Under the pieces are notes generated by a model that ran no database searches, was not told the DNA's origin, and saw nothing but the letters and a program-made list of their open reading frames with translations. This document shows positions 26,071 through 39,473 of a stretch of 64,000 nucleotides of DNA, one piece after another. Each line of letters opens with the position of its first letter. The stretch's first letter is position 1. Position numbers and translations under genes: made by a program. Source of the DNA: Macrostomum hystrix (Eukaryota; Animalia; Platyhelminthes); NCBI GenBank assembly GCA_950097015.1, contig CATNEN010000038.1, forward strand, positions 30,256,001 through 30,320,000, written 5' to 3'.

Positions 26071-26959
26071 ACAGTTTTAGACAGCCAAAAAATTGTAGAC
26101 CTGAAAACTAGATAGAAACTTTTTTTGACAGAAAAAAACTTGCTAGATAAAAACCCGTTTGACAATTTGAACATTTTTCCATCACCTGCTGTGTACGTTG
26201 GTTTCCAAAGGTTTCTCGTAGCTCCCCATCATAATTTTCTGATAATTATACCTTTGTGTAAGCATGATGACGTGTGCAGCAAATTGTAAGTCCAAGAATA
26301 GTCTTGTTAAGTGCGAGTATTAGCATGACACGAGTCAGGCATATGATGGTGTGCGAGGATCTCCTATAGCTGTCATTTCGCATTTATAGACTGCCTTTAT
26401 TTTCTGCTATACACAAAGAGAGGCGACAGATGGCAAATTAGGGATCAGGGAGTGAGGATAAGATTATAGGCTCTGAGACCGCCCCACCCTGAGTCCCTTC
26501 TCGAACACGTGACACGTGACAAGTAGCGCCAAGAGGCAAAGAAGGAAAGAGGATAAGAGAAAGTTTGCACAGATTGTTGCAGCATCTGCTTTTGCTCCGC
26601 TTTCTAAGAAAAACAAGGAGCTAGCTCGTACTTCCTTCTTAACCTAAGGTTAGTTGTGCGTCATATGAGGATTGAGAATGCATGTAGGACTGCAGCGACT
26701 ATGAGGTGATGAACGGAATGAAAGCAAGACCTTTGATCTTTTTTATCAGAGTCAAGTTGATATGGATTGTAATTTCCGGAAAAATGCTTGCCAGTTCCAT
26801 TTTTTACTACTTGTTAAGTAGCAGCCGAAGTGTTGCGTGTTCCTAAATTAAAAATCCTAATCAATTTTCGAGATTATTTATTCTTGTAAAATGATAAAGG
26901 TAAATTAATCATTTACTTATTAGATTTTAGAGAATGGTTCTACTCAAAAAACCAGCAAA

Positions 26960-28520
26960 GGAGAGAGAGAGGAGGAGTGGGAGAGTGGAGGAGAGGGAGA
27001 GTGGAGGAGAGGGAGAGTGGAGGAGAGGGAGAGTGGATGAGAGAGAGTGTAGGAGAGGGAGAGTGGATGAGAGGGAGAGTGGAGGAGAGGGAGAGTGGAT
27101 GAGAGGGAGAGTGGAGGAGAGGGAGAGTGGATGAGAGGGAGAGTGGATGAGAGTGAGAGTGGAGGAGAGGGAGAGTGGCGGAGAGGGAGAGTGGATGAGA
27201 GGGAGAGTGGATGAGAGTGAGAGTGGAGGAGAGGGAGAGTGTAGGAGAGGGAGAGTGGATGAGAGGGGAGAGTGGAGGAGAGGGAGAGTGTAGGAGAGGG
27301 AGAGTGGATGAGAGGGAGAGTGGATGAGAGTGAGAGTGGAGGAGAGGGAGAGTGGCGGAGAGGGAGAGTGGATGAGAGGGGAGAGTGGAGGAGAGGGAGA
27401 GTGGAGGAGAGGGAGAGTGGAGGAAAGGGAGAGTGGATGAGAGGGAGAGTGGAGGAAAGGGAGAGTGGCGGAGAGGGAGAGTGTAGGAGAGGGAGAGTGG
27501 ATGAGAGGGAGAGTGGATGAGAGGGAGAGTGGATGAGAGTGAGAGTGGAGGAGAGGGAGAGTGGCGGAGAGGGAGAGTGGATGAGAGGGGAGAGTGGAGG
27601 AGAGGGAGAGTGGAGGAGAGGGAGAGTGGAGGAAAGGGAGAGTGGCGGAGAGGGAGAGTGTAGGAGAGGGAGAATGGAGGAGAGGGAGAGTGAATGAGAG
27701 GGAGAGTGGATGAGAGGGAGAGTGGATGAGAGGGAGAGTGGATGAGAGGGAGAGTGGAGGAGAGGGAGAGTGTAGGAGAGGGAGAGTGGATGAGAGGGAG
27801 AGTGGATGAGAGGGAGAGTGGATGAGAGGGAGAGTGGAGGAGAGGGAGAGTGGATGAGAGGGAGAGTGGATGAGAGGGAGAGTGGAGGAGAGGGAGAGTG
27901 TAGGAGAGGGAGAGTGGATGAGAGGGAGAGTGTAGGAGAGGGAGAGTGGAGGAGAGGGAGAGTGTAGGAGAGGGAGAGTGTAGGAGAGGGAGAGAGAGGA
28001 GAGAGGGAGGGAGAGAGAGAGCGGGAGAGAGGAGAGAGGACACTGCCCATTGAATTTCAAAAATCTAATGTTTGAATCGATTCCGATATGTATCGAAAAA
28101 AATGAAATCAGGATTCGATTCAGGAGAGGGAGAGAGGAGGAGAGGGAGAGTGGAGGAGAGGGAGAGAGGAGGAGAGGGAGAGTGGATGAGAGAGAGTGTT
28201 GGAGAGGGAGAGTGGAGGAGAGGGAGAGTGTAGGAGAGGGAGAGTGGATGAGAGGGAGAGTGGATGAGAGGGAGAGTGGAGGAGAGGGAGAGTGTAGGAG
28301 AGGGAGAGTGTAGGAGAGGGAGAAAGAGGAGAGAGGGAGGGAGAGAGAGAGCGGGAGAGAGGAGAGAGGACACTGCCCATTGAATTTCAAAATCTAATGT
28401 TTGAATCGATTCCGATATGTATCGAAAAAAATGAAATCAGGATTCGATTCAGGAGAGGGAGAGAGGAGGAGAGGGAGAGTGGAGGAGAGGGAGAGATGAG
28501 GAGAGGAGAAGAGGAGAAGA
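26960..28520. repeat. GA-rich 17-bp minisatellite (GAGAGGGAGAGTGGAT/G) with about 330-bp duplication of a unique spacer
   Basis: Tandem repeat; segment 28020-28130 repeated at 28350-28460. Confidence 0.92.
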
Positions 28521-28924
28521 GGTTGGGAGTTCAGGGGTTTAAGAAATGATTGCACTAAGAGCTACTGCTCAGAAACAGCTCAGAAACACAATAGGTTTTA
28601 ATTGCTCAAACTAACAGATTTTCAGACTATAGTTCTATCAGTCAAAGTACACCAATTTTCTAAAAAGATTCATGCTTGAGTTAGTTCGTGCATGAAATGA
28701 AAAAAAAATGCGAAAATTTTGCAAAACTGAAGCTTAGGATAAAACCAACAGCTAAAAATTTCGTCTAGAAAAAATATATTGTTCAAAAAACAATTGTATT
28801 GGGAATACTGTAAAAGAATGCGGATGAGAACAGATTGGATAAAATGGCAAACAATTGTGAGACTAGCAACTATTCATAGAATGGAAGAGATATTACTCTG
28901 GATCATTCCACATTTTAGGGAACA

Positions 28925-29720
28925 CGAGAGGTAGAGAGAGAGGGAGAGGCAGGTAGATAGAGAGTGGGACAGTGGGGTAGAGAGAGAGGGAGAGGCAGGT
29001 AGATAGAGAGTGGGACAGTGGGGTAGAGAGAGAGAGGGAGAGGCAGGTAGATAGAGAGTGGGACAGTGGGGTAGAGAGAGAGAGGGAGAGGCAGGTAGAT
29101 AGAGAGTGGGACAGTGGGGTAGAGAGAGAGGGAGAGGCAGGTAGATAGAGAGTGGGACAGTGGGGTAGAGAGAGAGAGGGAGAGGCAGGTAGATAGAGAG
29201 TGGGACAGTGGGGTAGAGAGAGAGAGGGAGAGGCAGGTAGATAGAGAGTGGGACAGTGGGGTAGAGAGAGAGAGGGAGAGGCAGGTAGATAGAGAGTGGG
29301 ACAGTGGGGTAGAGAGAGAGAGGGAGAGGCAGGTAGATAGAGTGGGACAGTGGGGTAGAGAGAGAGAGGGAGAGGCAGGTAGATAGAGAGTGGGACAGTG
29401 GGGTAGATAGAGAGAGGGAGAGGCAGGTAGATAGAGAGTGGGACAGTGGGGTAGAGAGAGAGAGGGAGAGGCAGGTAGATAGATAGAGAGAGGGAGAGGC
29501 AGGTAGATAGAGAGTGGGACAGTGGGGTAGAGAGAGAGAGGGAGAGGCAGGTAGATAGATAGAGAGAGGGAGAGGCAGGTAGATAGAGAGTGGGACAGTG
29601 GGGTAGAGAGAGAGAGGGAGAGGCAGGTAGATAGAAAGTGGGACAGGTGGGTTAGATAGAGAGAGGGAGAGGCAGGTAGATAGAAAGTGGGACAGGTGGG
29701 TTAGATAGAGAGAGTGGACA
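28925..29720. repeat. About 48-bp purine-rich minisatellite (GGGAGAGGCAGGTAGATAGAGAGTGGGACAGTGGGGTA(GA)n)
   Basis: Direct tandem repeat. Confidence 0.92.
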
Positions 29721-30429
29721 GTTGAGAGTTGAAAATCGTCAATTTAGGCTACATCAGTGACTGCGGCAGACAAATGGCATCCTTCCGGCAAACTCTAACA
29801 AATCTTCAACAGTAAGCTTGTTGAAGTCGTACGAATTTTTACTGAAAATCTCTCGTTTGTTTTAATTTGTTTTTAACAAAAAAACACCTGACTGAAAGTG
29901 ACTTTGTCAGGCTTCCAATGGGCAGTGGAGGGTGAGTGGCAGATCGGTCTGACGCGTCTGCCTCTCGCGCCGAGGTACCTGAGCTCGAATCCGCGGCAAG
30001 GCGACATTCATTATGGGCGAAATTCACCGTCTATAATAAATTCTACAAAGCTTGTTTAAGTGCATTAATTAATTAAAATCAATAAATATTCTACGGCACT
30101 GTGGCGCATATTTTTAAGAAACAAAAGCAGTATTAAAAAATATATTGTCGGAAAACTATTTTGTCTCTTTTGCCAAAATCAACAAAATACAGCAGCAAGT
30201 CCTATTTCTGTCAATCAAAAAATGGTCGCTTCGTGACAACTTGTAGACAAAAGAAAAAACTGGAAGTTTTGTAAGCTAAAGGTACTGATTTTCTTTGGCA
30301 GTAAAATAGAGACTCACTGCCATTATTACGTGCTTTGGCTAAATTAGAAAAAGAATTACATTTTTTGGAAAAAAGCAAACAAGAAAGAAATCATATATAT
30401 TATTTATGGTTTCTGTCTTAATTCGGCTT

Positions 30430-31870
30430 TGAATCTCCACAAATTTAGGGTTCCTGCTTCGATTCTCCACAAATTTAGGGTTCCTGCTTCGATTCTCCAC
30501 AAATTTAGGGTTCCTGCTTCGATTCTCCACAAATTTAGGGGTTTTTGCTTCGATTCTACACAAATTTAGGGTTCCTGCTCCGATTCTCCACAAATTTAGG
30601 GTTCCTGCTTCGATTCTTCACAAATTTAGGGTTCCTGCTTCGATTCTACACAAACCAAGGGTTCCTGCTTCGATTCTACACAAACCTAGGGTTCCTGCTT
30701 CGATTCTACACAAACCTAGGGTTCCTGCTTCGATTCTACACAAACCTAGGGTTCCTGCTTCGATTCTACACAAACCTAGGGTTCCTGCTTCGATTCTGAA
30801 CTAACTTGGGGTTCCTGCTTCGATTCTACACAAACCTAGGGTTCCTGCTTCGATTCTACACAAACCTAGGGTTCCTGCTTCGATTCTACACAAATTTAGG
30901 GTTCCTAATTCGATTCTACACAAACCTAGGGTTCCTGCTTCGATTCTGAACTAACTTGGGGTTCCTGCTTCGATTCTACACAAACCTAGGGTTCCTGCTT
31001 CGATTCTACACAAACCTAGGGTTCCTGCTTCGATTCTACACAAAGTTGGGGTTCCTGCTTCGATTCTACACAAATTTAGGGTTCCTACTTCGATTCTACA
31101 CAAATTTAGAGTTCCTGCTTCGATTCTGAACTAACTTGGGGTTCCTGCTTCGATTCTACACAAACCAAGGGTTCCTGCTTCGATTCTACACAAACCTAGG
31201 GTTCCTGCTTCGATTCTACACAAACCTAGGGTTCCTGCTTCGATTCTACACAAACCTAGGGTTCCTGCTTCGATTCTGAACTAACTTGGGGTTCCTGCTT
31301 CGATTCTACACAAACCTAGGGTTCCTGCTTCGATTCTACACAAAGTTGGGGTTCCTGCTTCGATTCTACACAAATTTAGGGTTCCTACTTCGATTCTACA
31401 CAAATTTAGGGTTCCTGCTTCGATTCTGCGCTAACTTGGGGTTCCTGCTTCGATTCTACACAAACCTAGGGTTCCTGCTTCGATTCTACACAAACCTAGG
31501 GTTCCTGCTTTGATTCTGCACTAACTTGGGGTTCCTGCTTCGATTCTACACAAACCTAGGGTTCCTGCTTCGATTCTACACAAAGTTAGGGTTCCTGCTT
31601 CGATTCTACACAAATTTAGGGTTCCTACTTCGATTCTACACAAACCTAGGGTTCCTGCTTCGATTCTACACAAAATGTAGGGTTCCTGCTTCGATTCTGC
31701 ACTAACTTGGGGTTCCTGCTTCGATTCTACACAAATTTAGGGTTCCTAATTCGATTCTACACAAACCTAGGGTTCCTGCTTCGATTCTACACAAATTTAG
31801 GGTTCCTGCTTCGATTCTGCACTAACTTGGGGTTCCTGCTTCGATTCTCCACCAAGCCAGGGTTTCTGCT
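30430..31870. repeat. 30-bp minisatellite (GGTTCCTGCTTCGATTCTACACAAACCTAG)n
   Basis: Direct tandem repeat. Confidence 0.96.
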
Positions 31871-32332
31871 TTGAATTTGGTGTTTCTGGTTAGCAACTAA
31901 ATATGTGTGAGCTCAAGACTTGACATTCTTAGAGCCTTAATCCCACAGCACAACTGCCTGCTCACGTTTCTTAATCACAATATCCCAAGCTAAAAGACTA
32001 CACATCACCACTCGAGCTCCCGATGCAACGGACCACCCGAAAGGTAAAACCTTAGATTTGTGTTTACCAAACTGCCACCTTACCAGTCTCTCCTTGCGTG
32101 CCGGCCAACCAGTGTAACCTATACTCACCTTTGTGAATTACTAGTAAAATTTACCCAAAAAGAGCATGATAATTTCTGTTATTTATACAGTGGAGCCTGG
32201 CGGTATATGCGGATTGGCTATTGTTTGCCTAAGTGACGCATGAAATTCTGCAGTGCATGAGGTGCGTTGCACTGGCCAAAGTAAAATGGTTCAGAATTAA
32301 AGAAAAGCGGGGCGAAGGATAGTTTAGGAGTC

Positions 32333-33300
32333 CATTCGATTCCAGTTTCATTCGATTCCAGTTTCATTCGATTCCAGTTTCATTCGATTCCAGTTTCATT
32401 CGATTCCAGTTTCATTCGATTCCAGTTTCATTCGATTCCAGTTTCATTCGATTCCAGTTTCATTCGATTCCAGTTTCATTCGATTCCAGTTTCATTCGAT
32501 TCCAGCTTCATTCGATTCCAGTTTCATTCGATTCCAGTTTCATTCGATTCTAGCTTCATTCGATTCCAGTTTCATTCGATTCCAGGAATTCCAGTTTCAT
32601 TCGATTCCAGTTTCATTCGATTCCAGTTTCATTCGATTCCAGTTTCATTCGATTCCAGTTTCATTCGATTCCAGTTTCATTCGATTCCAGTTTCATTCGA
32701 TTCCAGCTTCATTCGATTCCAGTTTCATTCGATTCCAGTTTCATTCGATTCTAGCTTCATTCGATTCCAGTTTCATTCGATTCCAGGAATTCCAGTTTCA
32801 TTCGATTCCAGTTTCATTCGATTCCAGTTTCATTCGATTCCAGTTTCATTCGATTCCAGTTTCAATTGATTCCAGTTTCATTCGATTCCAGTTTCATTCG
32901 ATTCCAGTTTCATTCGATTCCAGTTTCATTCGATTCCAGTTTCATTCGATTCCAGTTTCATTCGATTTCAGTTTCATTCGATTCTAGCTTCATTCGATTC
33001 CAGTTTCATTCGATTCCAGTTTCATTCGATTCCAGTTTCATTCGATTCCAGTTTCATTCGATTCCAGTTTCATTCGATTCCAGTTTCATTCGATTCCAGT
33101 TTCATTCGATTCCAGTTTCATTCGATTCCAGTTTCATTCGATTCCAGTTTCATTCGATTCCAGTTTCATTCGATTCCAGTTTCATTCGATTCCAGTTTCA
33201 TTCGATTCCAGTTTCATTCGATTCCAGTTTCATTCGATTCCAGTTTCATTCGATTCCAGGAATTCCAGTTTCATTCGATTCCAGTTTCATTCGATTCCAG
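32333..33300. repeat. 16-bp minisatellite (CATTCGATTCCAGTTT)n
   Basis: Direct tandem repeat. Confidence 0.96.
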
Positions 33301-33813
33301 TTAATCCGTCTAGTCCTTTTACTAAAAATCTTTCAGGAATAAGCCCCACAAAAAGATGAAACATAGGTTTTCCTGCACTAGAAAGAAGTTAAAGAAATTG
33401 GATAACTTAAAAAGCAGACATTGTACGCAGGTTGAACCCAGGCACAGGCAGTATAAATAGCCAACCTAAAACAGAATGTGGAGCACTAAGCCTTTGAGCT
33501 CAAGTTAACGGCGCAGCCTAATTTTTTTCAGATCAGGTAGACAATTCGCGCTGGAAAAATTTATCCCCATGGATGGGACAATCCCCCTTATCTTCCAGGA
33601 ATTCCAGATAGCCAACCCTGCTGGCAGAGGTCGGGTTTCGTCACATTATCTCGTCTAGTCCAAAATTCCCATCTGCTAACTGGCTGATAATAGAAATCAC
33701 TAAGCTGGGAGAGGCTGTCTCAGCCAGTTAGGGAGCTATCAGTTTTACCTGTCATAAGTTCGTCAAAACTAACGCGCCTCTGTTTCACTTAGCAACTATT
33801 TCTAGTCATCATT

Positions 33814-34123
33814 TGGTGACACTGGACCTGCAGCCAGCGAGGAGGCAATTCTGCTCATTAGTGTTGACTCCTGAGCACACACGCACACAGATACTGTACA
33901 CGCTCACACAGGTGTGTACATCTGCCCTGACTTTCTCATCGTCAGGCAGTGTACACTCTCACTGTGCCTTGGAGGTTGGCCCTCAAGGGCGTGAATTGCA
34001 CGACAAGCCCCCAAGCCTTCTCTCCGCTGCTGCGCCCAAAATGAATGTGGCCTCGCCGCGGAATCGAACTCAGGCACCTTGGTGCGAGAGGCAAACGCGT
34101 TAACCGCTGTTTCACTCACCTCC
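33814..34123 (-). mobile_element. tRNA-headed SINE family B, near full-length copy
   Basis: Head GGTGAGTG..GCGGTTAACGCGTTTGCC..GAGTTCGATTCC (A/B boxes) and hairpin-rich body; copies at 383-675, 4803-5105, 29926-30020, 45050-45253, 48300-48598. Confidence 0.82.
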
Positions 34124-34771
34124 CCAGAACCAATATCGCACCGACTGTACCAGTGTCACATCGACAGCCACCAAATCATGCTGAAACCATTTCAACAGCT
34201 GGACACAATGAGTCATCGGTGCAGGTATCTAAGCAACACAATTTGAAAGTACAGGCAAAGTAAAATAAAATATAACATAGATATAGCAAATCGATACATC
34301 ACCCAACCCTCTTGACTCCTGCCAAAGACACTGCAAGTCCGTGGATTTTATTTTAAGGCGGAGAGCTTAACAATTAATTTTTTTACTTTATTCCCCATCA
34401 CTCAATTTATTCTCGTTTCGATCATTTGCACTTTTAATAGATAACATCCAACTGTGGGGTTACATCGCGCACGCCTGCGTTTCTGAAGGAAATGAGAATT
34501 TAAGACCGAACTAGGCTATTATCTAATCCGTCTGACATGAATTAATTAGATTTGCCAATCAAAAATTCCTCAAAACGTGTTAAATTCATGCTTTAGCTGA
34601 CATGCGTGCCTTGTCTTTAGTTGGACTGATAAGTTCTCAGGTAAAAGTAACGTCATGAACTAAGACAATCACAGACTTCTGCTTGTGTTTCCTTAAAAAC
34701 ATTTGCCTCATTGCTCGAACCAAAGAATAAAATGACAACTATTTATAATAAGTTCTACTCGGATTATAGCC

Positions 34772-36605
34772 ATAGCTTCGATTCTGATCTAGGTCTCAGC
34801 TTCGATTCTGATCTAGGTCTCAGCTTCGATTCTGATCTAGGTCTCAGCTTCGATTCTGATCTAGGTCTCAGCTTCGATTCTGATCTAGGTCTCTAGCTTC
34901 GATTCTGATCTAGGTCTCAGCTTCGATTCTGATCTAGGTCTTTAGCTTCGATTCTGATCTAGGTTTCTAGCTTCGATTCTGATCTAGGTCTCTAGCTTCG
35001 ATTCTGGTCTAGGTCTCAGCTTCGATTCTGGTCTAGGTCTCAGCTTCGATTCTGATCTAGGTCTCTAGCTTCGATTCTGATCTAGGTCTCTAGCTTCGAT
35101 TCTGATCTAGGTATCTAGCTTCGATTTTGATCTAGGTATCTAGCTTCGATTCTGATCTAGGTCTCAGCTTCGATTCTGATCTAGGTCTCTAGCTTCGATT
35201 CTGATCTAGGTCTCTAGCTTCGATTCTGATCTAGGTATCTAGCTTTGATTCTGATCTAGGTCTCTAGCTTGGATTCTGATCTAGGTCTCTAGCTTCGATT
35301 CTGGTCTAGGTCTCTAGCTTCGATTCTGATCTAGGTCTCTAGCTTCGATTCTAATCTAGGTCTCTAGCTTCGATTATGATCAAGGACTCTCCCTTCGATT
35401 CTGATCTAGGTCTCTAGCTTCGATTCTGATCTAGGTATCTAGCTTCGATTCTGATCTAGGTCTCCTGCTTCGATTCTGATCTAGGTCTCTAGCATCGATT
35501 CTGACCTAGGTCTCTAGCTTCGATTCTGATCTAGGTCTCAGCTTCGATTCTGATCTAGGTCTCAGCTTCGATTCTGATCTAGGTCTCTAGCTTCGATTCT
35601 GATCTAGGTCTCTAGCTTCGATTCTGATCTAGGTCTCTAGCTTCGATTCTGATCTAGGTATCTAGCTTCGATTCTGATATAGGTCTCAGCTTCGATTCTG
35701 ATCTAGGTCTCTAGCTTCGATTCTGATCAAGGTCTCTCCCTTCGATTCTGATCTAGGTCTCTAGCTTCGATTCTGATCTAGGTCTCTAGCTTCGATTCTG
35801 ATCTAGGTCTCTAGCTTCGATTATGATCAAGGACTCTCCCTTCGATTCTGATCTAGGTCTCTAGCTTCGATTCTGATCTAGGTCTCTAGCTTCGATTCTG
35901 ATCTAGGTCTCTAGCTTCGATTCTGATCTAGGTCTCCAGCTTCGATTCTGATCTAGGTCTCTAGCATCGATTCTGATCTAGGTCTCTAGCTTCGATTCTG
36001 ATCTAGGTCTCAGCTTCGATTCTGATCTAGGTCTCTAGCTTCGATTCTGATCTAGGTCTCTAGCTTCGATTCTGATCTTGGTCTCTAGCTTCGATTCTGA
36101 TCTAGGTATCTAGCTTCGATTCTGATATAGGTCTCAGCTTCGATTCTGATCTAGGTCTCTAGCTTCGATTCTGATCAAGGTCTCAGCTTCGATTCTGATC
36201 TAGATCTCAGCTTCGATTCTGATCAAGGTCTCTCCCTTCGATTCTGATCTAGGTCTCTAGCTTCGATTCTGATCTAGGTCTCTAGCTTCGATTCTGATCT
36301 AGGTCTCTAGCTTCGATTCTGATCTAGGTCTCTAGCTTCGATTCTGATCTAGGTCTCAGCTTCGATTCTGATCTAGGTCTCTAGCTTCGATTCTGATCTA
36401 GGTCTCAGCTTCGATTCTGATCCAGGTATCTAGCTTCGATTCTGATCTAGGTCTCTAGCTTCGATTCTGATCCAGGTCTCTAGCTTCGATTCTGATCTTG
36501 GTCTCTAGCTTCGATTCTGATCTAGGTCTCAGCTTCGATTCTGATCTAGGTCTCTAGCTTCGATTCTGATCTAGGTCTCTAGCTTCGATTCTGATCTAGG
36601 TATCT
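34772..36605. repeat. 24/25-bp minisatellite (AGCTTCGATTCTGATCTAGGTCTC[T])n
   Basis: Direct tandem repeat. Confidence 0.96.
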
Positions 36606-37751
36606 CCCTTCACATTTACTTCTTCTATAACATAAGCCTGTGGTTAATGTAATAAAGAAGTAGTAAAATAATAATCATCAGGGCTGAGTATAAATTGACA
36701 CCTCAAATTGAGTTCGGACTCTGAGTGACTGCATGCGGCTCAGAGTCCCACTCTGACGGGTTTGAGAATGCAATCAAAGCGCGACAAACAAATCGATGAA
36801 ATTTTCCTACTATCCTACTCTATCCTATCTTAGTTTCAAGTTTTTCCTATTTTAGGACTAGCGTGCCTGTGTAAAAAGGCATGGCGATAAGTACTATCTT
36901 GTTTATTTTGGCGTGCAAAAATGGCGTCGAAATTGAAAAGTTTATTAGTTTCTATGGGGATATAACAGTCGAGCTGTCGATTTAGAATCCCAAATATTAA
37001 ATCAAGTTGATTTCGTCGAAGGAGATTGCTCCAAGATCGGGACATTGGACACAGGAGGGTTGTCTGACATATACTCACTAGCATGAGGTGCAGTAAAATG
37101 AGTAGTGGATAGAAATTTAATTCATTAGCGGTGAGCACTTCTGTGAAGTTCTACTTAGTCCCACATCGTTGCTGGCAATGGCATTACTGGCTACTCAAAT
37201 TATTTGAATACAGATTTTTTCTGCACAAGACAATAACTTATCTTTTAATTTTCAGAATGTCAGAATCAGCCAGACAATATATGGAGCTGTCCGGACCGGA
37301 TGGCGTTATCAAACTTAAATGATTATTGTATTAGAAGCCTAGCTGGTTGTGACATAGACGTTTCGCGAGCACAGTTTCTAATAATTCAAATGGGCCGGCA
37401 GCTGGCCAGAAGGCGATGGAGGCATTCCATATTGTGCTTATAATAAGCCGTTTGTTTGCCAATCCGGCCAGAGTATTGTCTGCATTAACTGCAGCTTCTC
37501 TCTGCCACCCACCCCTTTCAATCTCCTGTGCATTCACACATGCCCCAGTGCTGTAGTGTTTAGGAGGCCATGCAGGCCGCTAGGGAGAGGGCCGCAGGAA
37601 ATTAAGAAATCAATGTCACTAACCAGCTGTCCCCAATATCGGTCCTTCGCATCTGCAGCGTCTGGCTTCCCCTGCAGTCCATTCCTTTCCTCCCACCTCT
37701 TATTTCTCTGTGTATAGCCGCGCCAGCTATTAAGCATGAATTCAGTCTCAC

Positions 37752-38559
37752 CTGAGAATTTAGTGGACACTCTTTCGTGCAGAATGCGCTGATAGAGCGA
37801 GGCTGTGCTCGAGTCGTTCTGCCGGCCCTCTTCAATCAGCGAGTCAACGTAGACGTATTCGTAGCGGAAGCTTGGCTCCAGCTTTAGCTGATGATCTAGA
37901 GCTTGCTGAATGAGCTTGCACTGCACAAAATCCAGATAATAGTGCGGCGGGCGCTTTGTCATCACATTGTTCATTGTCACATAGAACACACCGCTCCAGT
38001 GACCAAGTCGGCGAATAAAAGTTCTGAGCGCTTTAATGATTTCATCAGCCGTAGTGCCGATGCGTATCGTCTGCTTCATGTTGACCAGGTTGCTTGATAT
38101 GGCTCCAGTGGACACTACTGCGTCCGTTGGCTTCAGCATGTACTGCTGGACATTGTTCATTGGGTAGGAGCAGGGCACCCCGACGATGAATCTCGGCTCG
38201 AATCTCTCCAGACCGGTGCTGCGCTGGGCGCAGGTCAGATTGATGATCTGCTTCAGCGAGACATTGTGCTCGCAGCCGAAATCAACGTAGACCTCGTGCA
38301 AGTTTACTCTATTAGCTAGAGCCTGGCGTACTAAGCGGTGCTGCTTGGCCAGGTGAAAAACTGGCCTTAGCAACTGTATGGGACTCATCACCTCTAGCTG
38401 TGTGTCATAGTCGGATGCCAACACTAGAGCTGTGACATTGGCTGGCTCTTTGGTCAGACCCGGCGCTCCAGCTGCTGCGGGCCTCACTAAATTGTCAATA
38501 GAAGCAAGAGCAAGCAAAACAGCCGGAAGCAGCAACTGCCAGCTGTATCTCGGTGACAT
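37752..38559 (-). CDS. Receptor GC variable cassette V3 (single exon)
   Basis: ATG + signal peptide MSPRYSWQLLLPAVLLALAS; VTALVLA..YVDFGC..FIVGVPCSY..VVSTGA..IRIG..W; donor TCA G|gtgaga (phase 1); 808 nt = 269 codons + 1. Confidence 0.87.
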
Positions 38560-39199
38560 TAAGTTAAGATTTGTATTTGAAATATTGAATACTGAGTCTT
38601 TTTTGATAAATTAAAATAAATTCTAGAAAAATTAGTCTTTTTTAGGATTGCGTGCACCAAAGATACAGCTAGATTTATAGCGTTATAGTCCTCAACCGAT
38701 CTCAACTTTGTGAGCGGGGGGCTGCTCACACATACGCTCTCTTTCACTCTTTCCCTCTCCTTTCTTCTGGATGACTTCTGGGGTACATGAAGCCCTCCCC
38801 AGCAAGGCTGAGAGCCAATGGGAGTGACCGGTCTACACACAAGACCACGCCAGCGCAGTTCAGTATACTCGCAAAGCAAGAGTGACGTGAAATCGGATTA
38901 GACTAGTGAACTCGGTTACTAAGGCGGTGATCGTTACATCAGTGACACAAAAAATCATCGTCCGGTTTTCGGTGTGGCTCCGATAGGCCCATAGCAATTG
39001 ACATTCGCACACATTGAAGATTCTACGCTATTAAAACACGCTCAAACACTCGTAGACAAAAAGAACTCAAATTATGCTTAGTTGATCAATATTGGAAGAA
39101 AATTTTGATCTTCGCCGATGCATTTGACGGATTACTAGATGCATTTGAATTATTTTATTAATAATAATAATTAATAATTGATTACACCTGCCCAATTGG

Positions 39200-39473
39200 G
39201 TCAGATGTGCAGCCGACAGCACAGCCCCGCAGCTAATGCGTGGCGCACCTGATGGCTGTGTACGGCTGTTCAGTCCATGGACGGGGGGGGACGCCACACC
39301 CACCTTCAATTACCCCAGCTAATGCTGGTACCCACTTCAGCTGGGTGAACTGAAGCACTACAGAGTTAAGTGTCTTGCTAAAGGACACAAATTATTTCAG
39401 TGGAGTCGGGAATCGAACCCCCGACCTTCAAGTTGCGAGTCCGACGCTCTAACCACCAGGCTACAACCCCTCC
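39200..39473 (-). mobile_element. tRNA-headed SINE family A (CORE-like central domain), near full-length copy
   Basis: A box TAGCCTGGTGG, B box GGTTCGATTCC, then GTGTCCTTTAGCAAGACACTTAAC..CACCCAGCTG..GGGTACC; related copies at 1-60, 7657-7900, 8175-8280, 12073-12122/14083-14157, 23919-24110. Confidence 0.82.

Noticed and set aside
26927-28390. Ser/Pro/Leu-rich ORFs up to 487 aa
   Set aside because: GA-rich minisatellite
30430-36605. Regular arrays as possible CRISPR
   Set aside because: Head-to-tail units without unique spacers, no cas genes, eukaryotic context
39400-39473. tRNA gene
   Set aside because: A/B boxes are present but the sequence continues into a multi-copy SINE body, so it is a SINE head
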